A DNA stretch of 64,000 nt from Anthoceros angustus. Lineage: Eukaryota; Plantae; Anthocerotophyta. The notes beneath the pieces are model-generated. The model had not been told where the DNA came from. It worked only from the letters and a program-made list of their open reading frames with translations, and ran no database searches. Made by a program: the position numbers and the translations under genes. Shown here piece after piece: positions 59,201-64,000 of the stretch (positions are counted from its first letter, which is position 1; every line of letters begins with the position of its first letter). The stretch lies in assembly GCA_010909165.1 (NCBI GenBank), contig MU008179.1, positions 62,001-126,000 of the forward strand. The letters are read 5' to 3'.

Positions 59201-61214
59201 CCGTAATGAGGGTTGCCCACCATTCACTAGTTCTACACACCAATGTCCATCCACCAGAAGCACCAGTATGGTACTCAGAGAGTCGGACGTCGATCCACAA
59301 TCGCCACACTTGTAAGTGAGGCACCACCATGTACATTCGGATCGAAGCATCATACCGTTTCCCACAAAGAATTGACCAAACAACAAAAGGTCGCACATAT
59401 GCGGGATGTAGATTTTCCTAGGCTAGTGCTCGACGCTACCTTCCACCTGTGGTATCCCATCCGGGAAGCAACGCTGTACGTGTGGAAAGCCTATGAAAAT
59501 GCTCAGATATGGCAAAGGCAACAATGGAAGTGAACACCAAAGTACCGGAGTGAAGCAAACAATGTGGTATAATGAAGCAATAACTAGCGACGGTTGGCGT
59601 TGTCACTGACATGTCCAGAAATGGACTATGTGTTTCTCAAACGCCTTTGGGGCAATTCTCATGCGCTTGGCATCCTTGGTGTTTGAGGAGGGCGGCTTGC
59701 AAGCTCCCAAAATTTCTTTACGATCTCGCACTTGTGACAACACATCGATCGACGACGCTCCACCCCAAAATATGTGGCATGTAATCCTCGCACTCGAGAT
59801 TCACCGCCGAACGGATCACACGCCTCCCACACCAATGGCACGACCAAGGATAGATTGCAAACCGAGGTCCGACCGACAAAATTATGTTGAAGAACGCTTT
59901 CCTTGCCCGCAAGTGGTCTCGTGTGGTGAACATTCTTCAACTGTGAATGTGCGGCCTTCATGTTCTTCAACAAGAAGACATCGCCTTCATCTCTTTGGGC
60001 TCCAGAATGGAACCCGGCTTGCATGCCTTCAGCATGGGCAAGGTCAACAAGTGTTGCGTAATATCGGCTCTGTGTCGATGTGTATTTTGGGTCCGCTCCG
60101 AATACGAGCCCAATCTCGAGCTAGTTGACTTGCCCGCTTTTCCCACACGCTGATGTGCCGGCAATCTGCCGGCAAGGCCGAGCTCGCCAAGCCCGAACGC
60201 TGCTCGATGATGAAGGCGAGCTGGCCCATCACCACCGTCTGTGACGGGCAAGAGCCCAGCCATGTCCACGTTGTCTGGGGGAAAGGAACTTAGGTGGCCC
60301 CTCCGGGGTACCTGTGGTCTGACCACGCCTCCGACACGGAGGAACCTCCTCCTTCATGTGGTGAAGGAGAACTAGCATCCAAGCCCCAAAGAATTTGCGC
60401 ACCATCCACACGGAGCTGGCACTTCTTCTAGCCGAGGGTGCACTTCACCCCCCAAGCGACACCTCCCTTGGGCAACCCGCCTTGCTAGCAACTCCTCACC
60501 GCCCGAATCCTCGCCTCGACGCAATCTTCTCCGCGGCCTTCCTCTCGCCTCAATGCCCACGGGCGGCCTTCTCGGCGACTGCACGGGGCTGTTGGTTGAA
60601 GGCGCCATGGTGAGTTCTAAACAAGGGTCACCGTGAAAGCTATGCCCTAGGCTCACCAACTGCTCACGTGGCTTTAGGTCAACTTTCAAAAATTGTGAAA
60701 GCCAAAACTTCGACCAAAACCTTCATTTCAAAAGGACACCAATCGAGCGGTCCATAAGACATCTCCCTTACCATGGTCAAAAGGGTAGAACCTAAAGCCA
60801 AGCACTAGGAGGTGCGGACTCTTTCTGTGATCTAGTGCACCCCTAGAAAGCTAGGTCCACACCTCGCATTGATTGCTCTCAATAACGGAGCAAGCAGCTA
60901 GCGAACCTGCAAGCCGCAGCAACGACCACACGGGACATCTTGAAGTTTCAGAAAATTACATCTTGAGGTCCTCCTCACGGGCGTGCACATGGAGTGAAGA
61001 AGCCAAGTGCCGCACTAAGCAACATCGGGATGTCTGTGTGGCGGAGCCAACATGTCCAGGTACTGCTCAATATGCTAATAGGCCCTATGTCAAACAGCCT
61101 CAAGGCAAACATCACATTGTCACACTAAATGAGTGTGCTTGCCTCTCAAGGCTCGTGGTTACATAGAAGTAGCTAGTTCTTTGTGGGACCAGTTAAGGTC
61201 ACACCGCTGTACAC

Positions 61215-62137
61215 ACTACACACGAAGAACAAGGCCTAGAAGCTCCACTTCAAGCTCTGACAACTGCTGATACCACCGTCTAGACCGACAGCTGCTTCCA
61301 ACTTGTCCAACAAAATCCTGTACGCTACCTGCTCATCTAACAGCCATTCCCACACACGTTTGTATGAAATGCGGTTGTACTATTCGTACTCATACTAAGC
61401 CAGGTTGACAGGTAGGCGTGATCTTGCGGCCCCACAAGCACTCCTTGTCCTTCGCATCCGTCAAGAATACTCTGCAGCCCAAAGCCACGCCGATGGCGGC
61501 GGGCTTGTGGCGCCTGGATGGTGAGGAAGAAAATGGTCGAGAGCATATCCGTCGCACGTGCATTCTCACCCGATGTATGCCATGAAGATATTGTGGCACT
61601 CCACCGTGAACATCTTCTTGCCTTCTATGGCCTAACCGATTGAGACAAACAAAGAAAATGTATGTAGTCGCAATACGTACATGGTATGCTTGGCTGAGCC
61701 ACCATGCGTAAGATATCTAGCAATCGTGAGGCTGGCGCGCGGAGCTTTACCACTCACTTGACGCCACTGATTTCCCATGCCCATCCCGGCCAAGGCCGGA
61801 CATGCAATTCCGGCGGTGTTCATCAACAGCTGGAAAAAACTCAGGAAGGAAGGAAGGTTGAAGTTTCTGCCAATGGCAAAACAATGGATTTCCAACAAAC
61901 CTCTGAATGGAGCAACAAACCTCAATGGAAATGACCAAGAGGTTGTGAAAATGACCAGTAACAACCGCTTGCCTCAAGGCTCTGGCGTAAAATAGCGAGT
62001 TCTTAAGACCTCAAGGTCACACCGCAAAGACACACTACATTAATAAAGAACAAGGCCTAGAAGCTCCACTTCAAGGTCCGACAACCGCCGATACCACCGT
62101 GATAGACCAACAATGCCTCCAACTTATCCAACAAAAT
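61215..62137 (+). repeat. ~100-bp diverged direct repeat pair (61215-61316 and 62040-62137)
   Basis: AAGAACAAGGCCTAGAAGCTCCACTTCAAG...GATACCACCGT...CCAACTT.TCCAACAAAATC in both copies. Confidence 0.85.
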
Positions 62138-62589
62138 CAGACGCGACCTCATCTAATGACCATTCCTCGATTGACACTCTAGTCTTCTTGTCAACACAGC
62201 AATGACCTGCAATTTACGTGATTCATCCCACGAATACTTCTTTTCTAGCTTTAAGAGCTGCCTCAGCTCACTATGACTTGGCAATGGATGTGTTGACAAA
62301 TGAAGGACTTTCCTTTGATGACGTTCCACCCGGTGAAGGGCACTTTCATCCTCCTTCTGCACCTTCGATTCTTCCAATCCCTCTGACATTTCCTCAAAAC
62401 CCACGAGCCACCTCCTCGGTGCCCAAAGGGTCCCCACGGTTTGGGGCCTACCCACAAGACATCTTTAATGGTCTCGGTCGAATTGACGACTGTGGTTTTC
62501 TGTCAGGACTCTACATTGTTCGCCATCTTCCTCCCCACAAGCTACCCTCCCTCACAGATGCTAACCCTCTCCTAGCACGTCCCACCCGG

Positions 62590-62815
62590 CGCATGGAGTC
62601 ACACCACCGCCCACGCACACCCGCACCCCACACACACGCACCCCACACCCTAAAACCCGCACTCCGCACTCACACACCAAGCACCCCACACCAGAAACAC
62701 ACACCCACTCCCACCCACACCCACACCCACACCCGCACCACACACACCCACACCCTAAAGCCCAAACACCCGCACCCCACACCCACACCCACACCCGCAC
62801 CCGCACTGCACTCCG
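62590..62815. repeat. CA/CCA-rich low-complexity tract
   Basis: (CACACC)n-like run; the Pro/His/Thr-rich ORFs over it are compositional. Confidence 0.85.
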
Positions 62816-64000
62816 CTGAAGCTTCCGCCACCGTCACATCCGAGGCCCCGCCTCCCACTTCACATGACGGCGAGCAATCGCTGCCGCCATACAAAATCTA
62901 TCTCCAAAACAAGGATTGGCCAAACGAACCTCTTTATCACCACTCACCCGGTCAATGACCACTTTCTTGCCCTTTTTCATACACTGTGGTTAGCTCTCAC
63001 CTTGCAATTAATTTTTATACTATGACTTTTATAGAATACATATTTTTCATATACATTCCCATGTATGTAAAACTCTTTTAACTTCACTTTTCATTAAATC
63101 TCATCACATATATTTTTCTAAAATTATTTTAGCCAAGGACATGATTTTCTCAAGAAGTAAATCATCCTTAATTTTTACTGGTGAATCATTTTTCACATTT
63201 TCTTTTGCTAATTCTATAGACCTCAACACTATCTACAACTTTGCTTCACATTGTACATGTAAAACTCGGAATGAAGGTCCTTCTTTTCAAATCCTTGTAC
63301 TAAAACTATTTATGAGCTTTGTCATTTTTATATCCTTCATGCTCCATCCAATGAAGATGAGACTTGGTAAGTGTTTCATACTACCTCTTGAGAGCACTCA
63401 AAAATAGGGAGTCTAATATTGTTGTCATTTGAGATATTTTAAATTCTTCTAAGGGTGACAAAAAGTGACACGTGTCTCTTGTTTCGTCTACACCACTAAT
63501 AGTGAATAACCAAACCATGCATGGACCCATTATGGGTTCAGTTTGAATTCCCGTAAACATCTCTATTCCATTGACAAAAAGCGATTAGGGATAAGTTGAA
63601 TGAATGCTGGGCTTCATCGAGCCACCCAAAGTGCACCAAGACAGTGTGAAAGAGCGGTGAGGACATCGGGCCCTTGGACATGGAAGGTGTCAATTCGGGA
63701 GATGAGTGAAAAAGATGTATGAAGTGGAGGCAAACATCGGGTGGACACTAGACAAGAGGGTTTGCTCTCGACCGCCGGGCGGTGGCCGACCGCCATGTTA
63801 GGGTCAAAGTGGAGCTCAAGCGTTAGTGATAGGAATGACGTTGGTGCTATCATTGTGACTGGAAGTTGAAGAAGCAGGAGTCACTCCCCCGTCAGAGGTT
63901 GCGTGTCGGTGACATGGTTCACGGAGTAACCTCACTCGCTTAGGGTTTACCCCTGGTAGTTTGTGGTTAGTTTAGTTAAGTTAATTATTCAAGGGTCACT

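Noticed and set aside
62218-62958. 246-aa ORF as an extensin-like or His/Pro-rich protein
   Set aside because: Its second half is produced by a CA-rich simple repeat, and no domain supports it.
1-64000. tRNA, rRNA or prokaryotic operon features
   Set aside because: No cloverleaf, rRNA-like conserved blocks or Shine-Dalgarno-linked gene strings were recognised by eye; tRNAscan or Infernal would be needed to exclude small RNAs fully.

Overview
Eukaryotic, plant-like nuclear DNA with GT-AG introns and no operons; a non-seed plant host is a guess. The first 12.5 kb holds a diverged ~1 kb direct repeat, a block of tandem repeats, a short orphan gene model and an intact-looking 13-exon euAP2-type transcription factor gene with two AP2 domains (7700-12407, +). 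The other ~51 kb is a transposon cluster with three main parts. (1) A ~23 kb CACTA/En-Spm element bounded by 28-bp TIRs (13016-36003), with TnpD-like and TnpA-like genes on the minus strand and heavy internal tandem duplication. (2) A region at ~37.8-47 kb where a minus-strand gene encoding a ParB/Srx-like domain and a beta-class N6-adenine/N4-cytosine DNA methyltransferase domain lies head-to-head with a plus-strand DDD-type transposase. This is the most interesting item: a candidate DNA transposon carrying a prokaryote-type amino-methyltransferase. (3) A Sola2-type DDD transposase remnant (56.7-58.6 kb, -). The transposon genes are broken by many 1-2 bp indels that could be real decay or unpolished long-read error. 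All domain calls come from motifs read by eye; no database search was run.
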